A stretch of 64,000 nt of DNA from the human T2T-CHM13v2.0 reference genome, Homo sapiens. The stretch lies in the NCBI RefSeq assembly GCF_009914755.1, contig NC_060925.1; one strand, written 5' to 3'. The position numbers and the translations under genes were made by a program. Below the pieces are notes generated by a model. That model searched no databases, had not been told where the DNA came from, and saw only the letters and a list, made by a program, of their open reading frames with translations. Shown here one piece after another: positions 1 to 14,235 of this stretch (position 1 is the first letter of the stretch; each line of letters begins with the position of its first letter).

Positions 1-731
1 TCAAAAGAAGACATTTATGTGGCCAACAAACATGGGGAAAAAAGCTTGTCAACACTGGTTATTAGAGAAATGCAAATCAAAACCATAATGAGATACCATC
101 TCACGCCAGTTAGAATGGTGAACATTAAAAAGTCTGGAAACAACAGATGCTGGCAAGGATATGGAAAAATAGGAACACTTTTACACTGTTGGTGGGAGTG
201 TAAATTAGTTCAACCATTGTGGAAGACAGTGTGGTGATTCCTCAAGGATCTATAACCAGAAGTACCATTTGACTCAGCAATTCCATTACTAGGTATATGC
301 CCAAAGGATTATAAATCATTCTAGTATAAAGACATGTGCACATGTATGTTTATTGCAGCACTATTTACAATAGCAAAGACTTGGAACCAACCCAAATGCC
401 CATCAATGATAAACTGGATAAAGAAAATGTGGCACATATACACCATGGAACACTATGCAGCCATAAAAAAGAATGAGTTCATGTCCTTTGCAGGGACATG
501 GATGAAGCTGGAAACCATCATCCTCAGCAAACTAACACAGAAACAGAAAACCAAACACCTCATGTTCTCACTCATAAGTGGGAGTTGAGCAATGAGAGCA
601 TGTTGACACAGGAAAGGGAACATCACACACCAGAGCCTGTCGGGGTTTGGGGGGAAAGGGGAGGGACAGCATTATGACAAATACCTAATGCATGCAGGGC
701 TTAAAATCTAGATGACGGGTTGATAGATGCA
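1..731 (+). mobile_element. L1PA (PA7/PA8-like) 3' part: ORF2 C-terminus and 3' UTR, lacking the last part of the UTR and the poly(A)
   Basis: ORFs 19-237 and 334-588 translate to the L1 ORF2p C-terminus ([36 protein letters not shown]); G-rich 3' UTR; homology stops at ...GGGTTGATAGATGCAA. Confidence 0.95.
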
Positions 732-795
732 ATTTTATTTATATATTATTATACACACAATAATTACATGTGATTTTTTTAATTTAATTAATTAA

Positions 796-1104
<309 letters not shown>

Positions 1105-2330
1105 TAAATAATATATCATGGCCATATTTTCATGCCAATAAATATTGATCAACATTATAACTTTTAATGGCTGCATATTGTGCTGTTATATGAATATAAA
1201 ATAATTTTTTCACTAATCACATATTCACAGGTAGTTTCCAGATTTTTGCTTTTAACGACAGAGTTATGATGATTATCTGTATAACCAAATACATACTTGG
1301 AGTAATTCTTTTTTTTTTTTTACTCTTTTTTTCTCTAACCTTGTCTTCATGCTTTATTTCATTAATTTGATCTTTAATCACAGATACACTTTCTTCCACT
1401 TGATCAAATCAGCTATTGAAGCTTGTGCAGGCATCACGTAGTTCTCATGCCATGGTTTTCAGCTCCATCAGGTCATTTAAGGTCTTCTCTACACTGTTTA
1501 TTCTAGTTAGCCATTGATCTAACCTTTTTTCAAGGTTTTTAGCTTCCTTGCAGTGGGTTTGAACATGCTCCTTTAGCTCAGAGAAGTTTATTATTACTGA
1601 CTTTCTGAAGCCTACTTCTGTCACCTTGTCAAAGTCATTCTCCATCCCGCTTTGTTCCATTGCTGGCGAGGAGCTGCTATCCTTTGGAGGAGAAGAGGAG
1701 CTCTGGTTTTTAGAATTTTCAGCTTTTCTGCTCTGGTTTCTCTCCATCTTTGTGGTTTTATCTACCTTTGGTCTTTGATGTTGGTGACCTACAGATGGGG
1801 TTTTGGTGTAGATGTCCTTTTTTTTGATGTTGATGCTCTTCCTTTCTGTTTGTTAGTTTTCATTCTAACAGTCAAGTCCCTCAGCTGCAGGTCTGTTGGA
1901 GTTTGCTGGAGGTCTACTCTAGACCCTGTTGGCCTGAGTGTCACTAGTGGAGGCTGCAGAACAGCAAATATTGCTGCCTGATCCTTCCTCTGGAAGCTTC
2001 GTCCCAGAGGGGCACCCACCTATACGAGGTGTCTGTCGGCCCCTACTGGGAGGTGTCTCCCAGTTAGGCTACACGAGGGTCAGGGACCCACTTGAGGAGG
2101 CAGTCTGTCCATTCTCAGAGCTCAAATGCCATGCTGGGAGAACCACTGCTCTCTTTGGAGCTGTCAGACAGGGATGTTTAAGTCTGCAGAAGTTTTCTGC
2201 TGCCTTTTGTTCAGCTATGCCCTGCCCACAGAGGTGGGGTCTGTAGAGGCAGTAGGCTTTGCTGAGCTGCAATGGGTTCTGCCCAGTTCAGGCTTCCCGG
2301 TCACTTTGGTTACCTACTCAAGCCTCAGCA

Positions 2331-3169
<839 letters not shown>

Positions 3170-3869
3170 AAGTAATTCTTTATGATGAATTTGTAGAACT
3201 AGAATCGCTGCTGTTTCAAAGTGTAACAACTGAAAAGACTTTGATACATGCAGCCAAATTAGCCTCAGAAAATTTGTAACAATTTCTACTTCCACAGCAT
3301 TTGCATATCTATTTCCCCATATTATCACTGATACTAAGTATTATCGACCTTTTTTATTTTGATCAATTTGCTAGGAGAAAAATATTTCATTAATATTTAA
3401 CTTGCATTTCTTTATTTACTGTTTACATATATTTCATACAAATTTATTTTCCACTTATATTTCTTTATTTGTGAGCTCTGCGTTTATATCCTTCATCCAC
3501 TAATGGATTGATGTTCACTTTTCATTGGTTTTTACAGCTCATCATATATAAAGATATTGAATATTTGTCTTCTATATGTCCTCCACATACCTTTTCTTTT
3601 GAGTTAAAAAATACATATAGCAAAGTGTGCAAGTCTTAAGTTTACAACTCCATATGCATATATCACAACCACCACCCAGATCTAGCAAATAACAGTTCTA
3701 GTACCCAAGAAGGGCCTTCATGTTCCTCCCAAGTAAATACCTTCCACAGAGGTAACCACTGTCCTGACACCATGGATTAGTATTGCCTCTTCATATAAAT
3801 GGAATCCTACATGGAAAGGAGCCATTATGTCTGGGAATGTCATCTATGCTGATTCACGAAAAATAGCCC

Positions 3870-4070
3870 ACCTCTCTGAGCTACAATTCACCAATCAGTG
3901 AAATGAGGATAATAATAGTACTTTTCTCATATGGTGGTTGTGGAGATAAATGAGTTAGTGCAAGTAATTATGTTATAAGCAAATATTAATTTAATGAAGT
4001 AATAAAATTCTAGAACAGTGTTTGGCCTGTGGTAAATAGTAATACTTCATTAAGTGTTAGCTACTAGTAT
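3870..4070 (+). mobile_element. MIR
   Basis: Core CCTCTCTGAG...GTGAAATGAGGATAATAATAGTAC...GGTTGTGGAGATAAATGAG. Confidence 0.7.
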
Positions 4071-4170
4071 TATGCTACTGGGTTACCTTTGCTAATTTTT
4101 TATTTAGAGTTTTTGTATTGATAATTGTAAATGAGTTTTGTATCGATAATTGTAAATGAGTTTAGTCATG

Positions 4171-4171
<1 letters not shown>

Positions 4172-4208
<37 letters not shown>
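4172..4208. repeat. (TG)n microsatellite
   Basis: Direct reading. Confidence 0.95.
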
Positions 4209-4299
4209 ACTAGTCTTGTCTTGTTTTGATATTGAGTTATGCTCATAAATGACACCTTTATCTATGTTCATGTTCATTCCAGAAGTTTTGGAATGACCC

Positions 4300-4872
4300 T
4301 TTACTGCTTGCATCCACCTGAGAACACTACCAAATATGTCACCCAGATACCTCTCAGATCTGCTGACTTCTTCATCACTGTCTTCTTCACTCTTGTTTCT
4401 GCCTCCATCATCATTCTGCTTGTCCAGTGTAATAAGTGATCTCCCCATTTCTAAACATGTACCCCTTCCTGTGGTACTTAGGTTAAAACTCTAAGATCCT
4501 TATCATGGTCTACCAGGCTCTTCATATTATGGCCCTGCTTCTCCATCCCTGGCTTGCACCAGGGTTCCTCTTACCCCCTGCTCTGGACATACTCCCTGCC
4601 CAGAAACACACTCCCCTGTCCCTAGCCTGGCCAATCCCTCCACATTCTTTCTCACTGAAGCCTTTCCTAATGTGGAACTATCCAACAGACTTCCCTGGGT
4701 AATCATTCATCTCACCCTTCACTCTCTTAGCACTCACATAATGTATAATTATGCATGTATTTGTGTGGTTGGTTAATATCTGCCTCTTAGCTCTAGGAGT
4801 TACTCCTTTGTTTGCCACTTTAGCTAGCATAATGCTTTGTACATAAGAGTTGCTCAATCAATATTGATGAAA
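4300..4872 (+). mobile_element. L2 3' fragment
   Basis: Degenerate L2 terminus TAGCATAATGCTTTGTACATAAGAGTTGCTCAATCAATATTGATGAA. Confidence 0.55.
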
Positions 4873-5899
4873 TTAGTGAGAGGTTCCCAGTCTCACTGTG
4901 GAGACAGATACAGAAACAATAGCAATGAGAGGAAAAGCCAAAACAGATGTATGAAAACAGATGTTGGGAGCACAAAAAAGGAAGAAACAAACTCCACCTG
5001 GGGAACCCTCCCATTAGCAGGTAACAGAAAGAGTTGCTCACTGATTAGCTAACCTCCATTTGAATGTTATTCTCTGACAGTTGACAATGTTGATGGCACT
5101 GTGTTGCTGTTTAACACACAGGGAAGGAGCTGACTTTCTACCAGATATTAGATGCAAAAGTCCCAAAGGATTCAAGGAGGTAAACATGCATCTGAACTCC
5201 TGGCTCACACACAAAGGACAAAGGCACCTCTGAAGGGGGCAGACGTCTTCTGCACCCACAGTCCTGTTTATTTTCTCCTCCAGTGGAGGGGGTAACATAG
5301 GTCAGCTGGAATGGTGCATCCTGATGAATATTTATTGACCCAAAATGTCATGCTGACAGACATGTGGACAGGCAGAGAAAGATTTCTCTTACAGAGGCCT
5401 TCCTTCTCTGCTCCCATGGTTCTGACACAGCTGACATTTCCCTACATGGGTCCTGACTTCTCCAGCTGCTCCTGGGGATGCTGGTGTCTCTCTGATGGGG
5501 TCACTGAAGACACTATTCCACATTCTTTCTTGGGGGCTGTGCTGCCACTCTGGCCTCTCACAAATGGTGGTCTTAAGATGTTGGTTTCCCATTCTTCCAG
5601 CCAGCACATGCACAATCAGCTAGCCAGTCTCAATTCCAGTCTCTTCTCCACCAGCTCTTCCCCCTCCTCCTGGATTTCATTGTCAGGGTCATAGGTGGCC
5701 AAAATTAACTGTGCATTTTGAAGAGGGAAGTCCTAGGTGACACCCAAAATCATCTTTGTGATTAAAAAAAATGGGTTCTGTTTTTGCTATGAAAAATAGA
5801 TGTGGGGTCACAAATGTGACCCTTTTCTCTCTTACATTCCTAATATTTTTCTCCATTTTCTGTTTTTTCTTTCCCATTTCTCCCATCAAAGCTTGTTTT

Positions 5900-6534
5900 A
5901 TTTAATTAATTTTTATTTAAAAAACTTTTTATTGTTAAATATATTGTAAGTACCAAAAAACCATGAAAAGAGAATGTGCAAGTTAAAATAATGGTTTTAA
6001 AGGTATAACTCTTGTAAACACTACCCATGATAAGAGAACTTTTCCAGCCACCTCAGAAGCCCTCTACATGCCCATCTCTCAAACATCTCCCCTCTTCCAG
6101 CAAAAGTAACCATTGTCCTAACTTTTATTGCAACCACTTCTCACTTTTTAAAAATAGTCTTATCACCTAAGTGTATATTCCTAAACACCTGTTTAGCTTT
6201 ACCTGTTTTTTATAAATATCTTTTAAGTGCCTTTTAATCCATAGGCTTCCCCTTCATCTCCTTATTTTTCCTTACAATTAATTCATTGAAAGAAATGCAA
6301 CACTTAATCTAAAGAGGTTCCTACAGTCTAGAATTAGCGGGTTGCTTCCCCACAGTAAAGTTTACTCTGTGTTTCTGATTGTGTCTAAGTGACCAATCCA
6401 GGTCCTCCTCCTCCTTCTTCTTTCTTCTTTCTTCTTGTTTTAAAGCATAGGACCTCACTATTAGGTGCTCTTCCTTAGAGGTTACGTATGTCTCAATGTC
6501 TCTCTTTTTGTGATGTTAGTAGTCATTGATGTTT
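5900..6534 (-). mobile_element. Old L1M (MC/MD-like) 3' UTR fragment
   Basis: Motifs such as CCAGCCACCTCAGAAGCCCTC, AAAGTAACCATTGTCCTAACTTTT and TGTGATGTTAGTAGTCATTGATG. Confidence 0.45.
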
Positions 6535-7341
6535 AATAGCTTTGATTTTTGCAAAATTTGTGAGTCCGCAGCTTTCTGATCAATCTTGCACTGCTCTGTA
6601 ATCTCGTATTTCTCTTTTTCTGTGTCAAGGATCTCACCTTCCTGATGTCTGGGCTTCTGCAGCTTCTTCTTTGTGAAGTAAGCATCAGTAAGATGTTTTG
6701 GGGTTTTTACATTGCTGATATCAATTCTGGTTGAGGTGCAATGACAAATTTCTGGTGTGTTCTTTGTAGAGGAACTCGATTGAGGACCAGAGGTCCAGTC
6801 ACAAGTACCAACCAAGCCGCTAGCCAGCTGCTTCAGGAAAACCACCCTCTTGCTCCTGTGGTGTCCAATGAGGATGATCAGAATGGTCCTGGGGGTGATG
6901 CTGGCTCGCAGTTTTCTCACGTGCCAACTGAAGGGTATTTTGCCATGGCTCAACAGCTTTTGAGGCACGTCTTCAGTAGGATAATATCTAGGCATTTTGT
7001 GAAGTTTAATCACCCAGATACCACCATTCTTGTCACCACTAACTGGTTTTGTAACAGTTGCAAGAAGCTTCTTTTTCTTTTCAACCTTGGATTTAGTGGC
7101 TGAGTACTTCCTCTTGTACGTGGCCTTTCTAGAATACATAGCAGATCAGGAATATGTGCCAATTCTTCTGACAAGGGCAGGATTTCAGCTGCAACGGGGC
7201 TTCCCCTTCTTGGGCTTTTTAGCCCTGAGGTTACCCCTTTCCACTTTGCCACCAGCATTAGCCTTTTTGGCTTCGGGCTTCTTCTCTTTGGTATGCAGCT
7301 TCTCAACTTTTTCACCCATCATCTTGCAGGATGGGAAAGAG
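6535..7341 (-). pseudogene. RPL6P: Processed pseudogene of ribosomal protein L6 (eL6), 3'-truncated
   Basis: Intronless; starts at the 5'TOP CTCTTTCCC (7341), ATG at 7322; [51 protein letters not shown] match RPL6; stop at 7185 and a frameshift near 6800; ends at AAAGCTATT. Confidence 0.97.
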
Positions 7342-7544
7342 AACTCGAATTTGTTGAAATTTAAGTACCCATGTGGTTTTTGTTTCTTCGGTGGCACACT
7401 TTGCATAGTAAAAACAAAAGGAAACCTTAAAAATTTTAAACTTTTATTTACCAATTTTCCAAAAACTAGTTGGTTCCCTAGCATCTTCTGAAGATAATCA
7501 ATTTAGGTTTTTTGGCAGGGGGTGGAAGTGGGGATGGGGGCAAT

Positions 7545-8190
7545 TTTATTTTATTGTGGTAAGAACACAACATGAGATCTACCCTCAGGAAACTTTTAAG
7601 TGTACAAGACCTTATTGTTGCCTGTATGTTCTATATTGTAATGCAGATATCTAGAGCTTATCATCCTGCTTAACTGAAACTTTATGCCTGTTTATTGATA
7701 ACTCCCCATTTCTCACTTCTCCCAGTTCCTGGCTACCACCATTCTATCCTTTGCTTCTATCAATTTGACTATTTTAGATACCTCATATAAGTAGAATCAT
7801 GCAGTATTTTTCTTTCTATGACTGGCTTATTTCACTTAATGAAATATCCTCAAGGTTGATATCTTGTTTCATATTGCAGAATTTCCTTCTTTTTAAAGGC
7901 TGAATAGTATTCTATTGTATGTATATATCACATTTTCTTTATCCATTCATAGTTTGATGGATATCAAGGCTATTTCCACATCTTGGCTATTGTGAATAGT
8001 GTCTCAATGAACAGGAGAGTGCTAATATATCTTCAGGATCCTAATTTTGATTATTTTGGATAAATACCCAGAAGTGGGATTGCTGAATAATATGGTATGT
8101 GATTTAGTTCAGCTTTTAATTTTTTGAGGAAACTCCATGCTGGTTTTCATAGTAGCTGTAGCAAATTGATTCCCATCATCAGTGTGGCAA
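7545..8190 (-). mobile_element. L1MA (MA8-10-like) 3' end
   Basis: TTTTATTGTGGTAAGAACACAACATGAGATCTACCCTC...GATACCTCATATAAGTAGAATCATGCAGTATT. Confidence 0.85.
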
Positions 8191-8896
8191 AACTGAAAAT
8201 CTTGCACTCTGTTGGTTAGAATCAATTTGGTTTTTTAGAGCTGATTTTAAAGTAGTTAAATAGGCAACTACTCATGTTGCACTTTGACATTCCTTCCTCT
8301 CTCACACACATCACAGGGAGAGAGAGGATTCAAGGAGAAGAAACCCACAGCCTCTGAGTCAGGGGAGAAGTTAGGCCAGCAAAAATGTTGGGACCCAAGG
8401 AGGAGCTCAGTAAGCAAGCAAGCAAGCCTCAGAATTGCTCAGGGTGACCTCTCCTCTTCAAGTCAAATACCTTTGTGTCTAAAGAGGATTATGTTGGCCA
8501 TGCTCCCTTATAGTCAACACATGGGAAGGTATTAAAAAGAGGCCTCTCTGGAGACACTTTGGTTTCCTTTCATAGTCAGCATTGGATCCCTTCATGAGAT
8601 GGAGCAATATCTTCCATTAATTCACGTTCCTATGTTCACCCTCCTCCCCCACACCCTACAGGGAATGTCTGCAAACATCAAATGCTTCTCAAGTCACCTC
8701 CAATGCTGATTGGTGTCTCTCCTATTTTTTTCCTTTAGTAATAGCTAGGGACTGTGGTTTGGGGCTGCTTTGGAGTATGAGTTGGGGGGTGAGATGAAGA
8801 GGCAAGTAGTCTAGCAAAACTTTTCAAGTTGAGATTAGAGTTTCCAGCAGGGTCCTAATTGTCCTTTGAACAAGTCTAAAGTCTTCTTCTTATAAT

Positions 8897-9715
8897 TTTT
8901 TAATTGATGTATAATTCACATGCCTACAATTTACTGTTAGGAAGTGTGCAATTCGGTGGCTTTTAATATATTCAAAAGGTTGTGCAGCTATTATCACTGT
9001 GTAATTCTAGAATATATTCATTGCTCCTGAAAGAAACCCTGACACATTAGCAGGCAGTCTGCATCCTCCCTCCTCACTCCACCCAACCCCTGACACCCTC
9101 TAATAATCCACTTTCTGTCTCTATGTGTTTTCCTATTCTGGGATTTTCACTTAAATGGAATTACATAATAAGTGGACTTCATATCTGGCTTGTTTTACTT
9201 ATCATAATGTTTTCAAGGTGCATCCATGTTGTAGAATGTATCAATACTTCGTTCCTTTTATGGCTGAATAATATTCCATAATATGGATGTAGAACTTTTT
9301 ATTCATTTACTCATCAGTTGATAAAAATTTGGGTTATCTCTACCTTTCGGTTATTATGAATAATGTTTCTATGAACATTTCTGTATATGGTTTTGTGTGA
9401 ATACATGTTTTTAATTTTCTTGGATATATAGCATTACTAGGTCATACAATTCTGTTTAACTTTTGGAAAAACTGGCAAGCTGTTTTCCAAAAAAAGCTGC
9501 ATAATTTTATACTCCAAGTAGCGTTGCAGAAGGGTTTCAGTTTCTCCATGTCCTCACCAATACCTCTTACTTTCTGTCTTTTTAAATCTTAGCCATTGTA
9601 CCTGTGTGAGCGGTATCACACTGTGGTTTTGATTTGCATGTCTTTTGTGACTAATGATGTTGAGCATTTTTTCATGTGCTTCTTGACCACTTACGTATCT
9701 TCTTTGGAGAATCTT
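8897..9715 (-). mobile_element. L1MB 3' end
   Basis: TTTTAATTGATGTATAATTCACATG...AATCCACTTTCTGTCTCTATG...GTGGTTTTGATTTGCATGTC. Confidence 0.85.
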
Positions 9716-10342
9716 TTTTAAAAAAGTACTATACATTTCCCTAGAGAGATTTGTTTGTTGTTACTAATTCTCTCTAGGTTCTTCTTTTGCCTTGGAATAT
9801 CGGGGAAAGTCCCAAGAGTGTTCTGCATCCTTGCTCCTTGATCTCATCTTTACGTGAAGAAGACTGTACAGCAGAAGCAGCAGCAGATTCAGGGTGGGGC
9901 TGAGGGTGGGGAAAGTGGGTGCTGTTCTTGTTTGTGTGATTTGAAAAAACTCCCTGAGTGAGGATAAAGACACCCAATCTGTTAGTGTCTCTTTCCTTGG
10001 GTTCTATGTTGAACACTTTGTCCTTTGATATCTATTAGAGGGTGAGACGGAAGTGGTGATCCCAGAAATCACTTTTCTTTGTCTTGGATGAAGGAGAGTA
10101 CTCAGAGAAGTATTCTATGGAAAGGTTGCTGAGGCATTCATGACCAGGACTGGCTCCAGGCACCTCTTCCTTTGTTCACCTTCCTTTCCCCGTAGTCTTC
10201 TTCCTGCCTTGTCACTGGGAGGCTTCTGAGTGGCTCTTGGGTATCCTCTTAGCAAGGGACAAAGTAAACTCCTTAGGCTTGAGCCTTAGGCCCTCACCAT
10301 GTCCCTTAAGGCACCATAGGCAATGAAACAAGCTCAAATATT

Positions 10343-10642
<300 letters not shown>

Positions 10643-13439
10643 CTATGTGCTTAGCACTGTGCTGGATGTGGGGAAGGGGGTTCAGGAATAATGGATTTAT
10701 TTTTTTCAAAAAAACATTTTCAAGCACTTGCCATATGCCAGATTCGGTGCTTCCCTGAAGCAGACCGATTTGGAGAAAAATAACTCCGGATCCAAGTCAT
10801 CATTTGATGTATCCCATGTGGATAGCCCCCATATGAAGTAGAGCCCCAGAAGAGAAGAGGCAAATGCAGTGCGCAGTGATGCCCACATAGGTGCAGAGTC
10901 ACAAGGGAGTGGCCAGTGATGCAGCTCCCAACATTGGCTGGAGAAGCTTGGACAGGGAGTCCCCAGCTCAAGGAGGGAGAAACATCATCACCATGACATA
11001 CAGGTGGAAACCGTGGTTTTGTCTTGAGCTATTACATATTTTCCTGAACTTCTTATCTCATACATTCTAGGAGGCTATCTTATTCCACATGCTAAAATTA
11101 TTTATGGAGGCAACAAGTAAATTTAATCCATCGTCATCTGCTAGGAGAGTATAACCATGTTAAATATAATCTTATTATGCTCCCTGCACCTTTTTGATTG
11201 CCACTTCCTTTTCTGTCAGTGTCAATTGTTTCTTCACTGCTGGTTTAAGTTTTCTACTCGATAAGCAAAGGTTTTGAATTCATCTTGATTAAAACAGTGA
11301 GGCCCCAACTCCATCCTACCAGCTTCCTTCAAAGTTCGTGTATACTCTATATTCAGATCAGCTGCCCAGGGCACAAAGAAAGATGAGCTATGAGCTATGA
11401 CAACATGAGGACATCAGGCCAGATGCTTCAAGGCATTCAACTTCCTTCTGGAAATAAAATCACTAAAGAATTTTATCTCTCTGGAATGGTTTAAGTGTGC
11501 TTGAGGGAAAAAACAAAAAACAAAAACAAAGAACAGAAAATGAGCAGATATTGCTCAGGTCTCATCCAGCCATTTATATTAAGTTGCACTGTCCAAATTA
11601 GACTAGGAGCAATTTATTTAAGCTGGTGGCAAGCTTCCCAATGCTCAGGAATGCCCAGAAATCTGGATTCTTATAAGATGTCCCATTTAGTAAGTTGGAG
11701 AGTAGGTTCATTATGTAGAGAATGTCAAGAAAAGGAAGCATGGGCTACTATTAATATATACGATGGCATTTTCTCATATTTGTGCATCAACCACTCTATC
11801 TTCTGCCCTCTTACAAGACTGCCTTCTTCTCTTTCTCCTGTCTCTTTATTCTCTCTTTATTCTCCTTCTGTATGTATCTATCTCTGTTTCTGTGTGTACC
11901 TTTTTCTACTAAATCAGTATCTTCCCTCCTTTGCCTCTTCCTCTTCCACTTAATTTTTTCTCTCCCATTTTCAAATGAAAGACATGGCTCTGATACTAGT
12001 ACATTTTAAACAAGCCACTTTACCTCTTTGGAAAATAGTTCTGCATCTGTAAAATAAAATAATTCTTAGATTTCCCTCTACTGCTAAAATTCTATGATTC
12101 TTTGAAATACCTCATTTGTTCAAATAATCCAAAGTTCTTCTCCAAAAATTTTCTCTAAAAACCTGTGCAAATCGACTATGTCATGATTGACAAGCAGAGT
12201 AATAGCTTAATCCCCTTTTCTTTATCTTTGGGGATTTCTTTACCTTGGATATTAGAAAGTCAAACACAATTTTTGACACTTCCTTTTTCCACACTCACAA
12301 TTTCAGAAGCCTGAGAATATAGAGGTATGCTTCTGCAGCAGCAATTCAGATATTTTATCAGCATTGGAAGCTAAGGATCTGGGAAAGAGGAGGAAAAAGC
12401 CAGAAATCACAATTTTTAAAAAGAATTTTTTTGTGGTATTGAACTCCCAAAGATTATTATATGTAGCTCAGATTGCATGCCCTACTTTCTATTTTCATGT
12501 TCTATGTATTTTCATGTTCTTTCCCAGATAGAATATCTAAGAGAGCATCCCTTCCCCCTACAAAGAATGATTTTTATTTTCCATATGGTATATGCTAGCA
12601 ATCCTGGCAGTTCACCACATTTATGTAAACATGCAGAGATACCTATAAATTACTGGACTTATCCCAGTTTAAGTTTCCAACTATGTACTGTAATATTTAC
12701 AGCTGTTATTACTTTAGCCTCAGAAGTTATTTGGGCCCATTTATATGGCTGATTAGTCATTTAGACTGTAGGCTCCATTTATTACATTGTTTGGGGATGG
12801 GGAACTCACAGATACTCACTAGAGGAACCAAGAATCTATATATAAGCCAAGAGTTCTGCAACCTGGTGGAACTTTTCAAACCTGAGGACTCCAACTCCAA
12901 ATACCAGCTGACCGTCAGTCACCTAGGGCTACCCTGCACTTTAAGATGACTTTGGGAGAACCTGGGCACTTCCCCAGAGTATTTACATTGGTAGTGAAAG
13001 GCCAAGAGAACTAACAGCCTCTCTTTTAGGAATCTGGACCTTATCCAAAAGATCTGAGACTGGTGGTGGGGTGGGGAGGAGACCCTAGTGGACCTTAATA
13101 ATATTGCTGCAGGAATCTTGGCAGTAAAGACTAAACTGGGCTTTCTCAATTTCCCCCCACCCATCTCCACTGCAAGTCTCATTGCTTAGCCCAGGCTGAG
13201 CGCAGTTCCCTTGAAGGTCCAAAAGGCTGGAAATCCGGGTCTCTATTCTGATGCCAACTTCTAGGTCAACCTGCAGGGGGTGCCCTCAAACTGCAGCTGC
13301 CTCCCTGGGCTCTTTTACTACAGTACTTGGAAGGATTATTTTACTATTATTATCTATAATTAACCATGCAGTTTATTCACATAGCATCTTAAGCTTTAGA
13401 CACCTTTTCTTCTCCCTAAGTGTCTTTTTATGTTTTTTG

Positions 13440-13575
13440 TTTAAGCCTCACAGTCACCAAATAAGGTAGCCTGTATAGAGAGGTGAAGTGACTTTACTGA
13501 GTTTAGGTGGGAATCAGTGGTAGAGACTGAACTAGAAGCCAAGCATCTTGATTTCTAGACCTGTGCTATTTCTAC
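13440..13575 (-). mobile_element. MIR fragment
   Basis: AGAGAGGTGAAGTGACTT...AGTGGTAGAGACTGAACTAGAAGCCAAGCATCTTGA. Confidence 0.55.
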
Positions 13576-14059
13576 AAGAGTTCTTACAATGAAGATAATA
13601 ACAAACAGAAAACACTTCTGCTATTCCTTTTATTTTCATTCTCCTCTTTTAAACTTTGACATGCTTTATTTATGTCAGTTCTCCTGAGATCAGTTTTCAT
13701 GAAACCCTAGTACTTTACTGGCTGTCCTCCATGCTCAAACAATGTTGAGTAGAATCTCCAGTCTTGTTCTGATTTATTCAGCAGATGGAGTATTATTATC
13801 AATATTTCTTCAGCGTTTGAGGGGGCATTTTTGGATGATAAAGTTAGTTTCCATTTATCATCATTTTATCCCCAGTGCTGGCTTGGGAAGCTTTGATTTT
13901 TGTTGTATGAATGTGAACTATGAGATTGCATTCAACTTGTTCTGTTTTCCAAGCCAGAAGAATGGAGAACAGAGTGCAAACATATATGATGGGCTTTGGC
14001 AACTTAGTGGACATTTTCACTTAAAGGGAAAACCGGTATTCCATCAGATCGTTATCCTT

Positions 14060-14235
14060 ACCTCTGTAGAGCTGGAGGCGGTCATAGAAAACATTTAGTA
14101 ATTCCAGTTCAAGGCTTTTGTTTTCACTAATGCAGAAAATAAGATTCAGAGAAGTCAGGAGATTGTCTGAGATCATGCATCTACCTGGTAGCAGTGCTAG
14201 AACTAGACATCAGGTCATTTGTACCAGGTCTGAGG
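14060..14235 (-). mobile_element. MIR/MIR3 fragment
   Basis: GAAAATAAGATTCAGAGAAGTCAGGAGATTGTCTGAGATCA. Confidence 0.55.

Noticed and set aside
4109-4163. 25-bp tandem duplication (also 16-bp at 44324-44355 and 9-bp near 59970)
   Set aside because: Ordinary slippage duplications with no further structure.
6516-7139. 207-aa ORF as a functional RPL6 paralogue
   Set aside because: Upstream stop at 7185, internal frameshift, missing C-terminus and no introns: a processed pseudogene.
9778-9893. Possible + strand exon after TACTAATTCTCTCTAG
   Set aside because: The branch-like motif is too close to the AG, the donor (AGG|GTGGGG) is weak and no recognisable peptide results.
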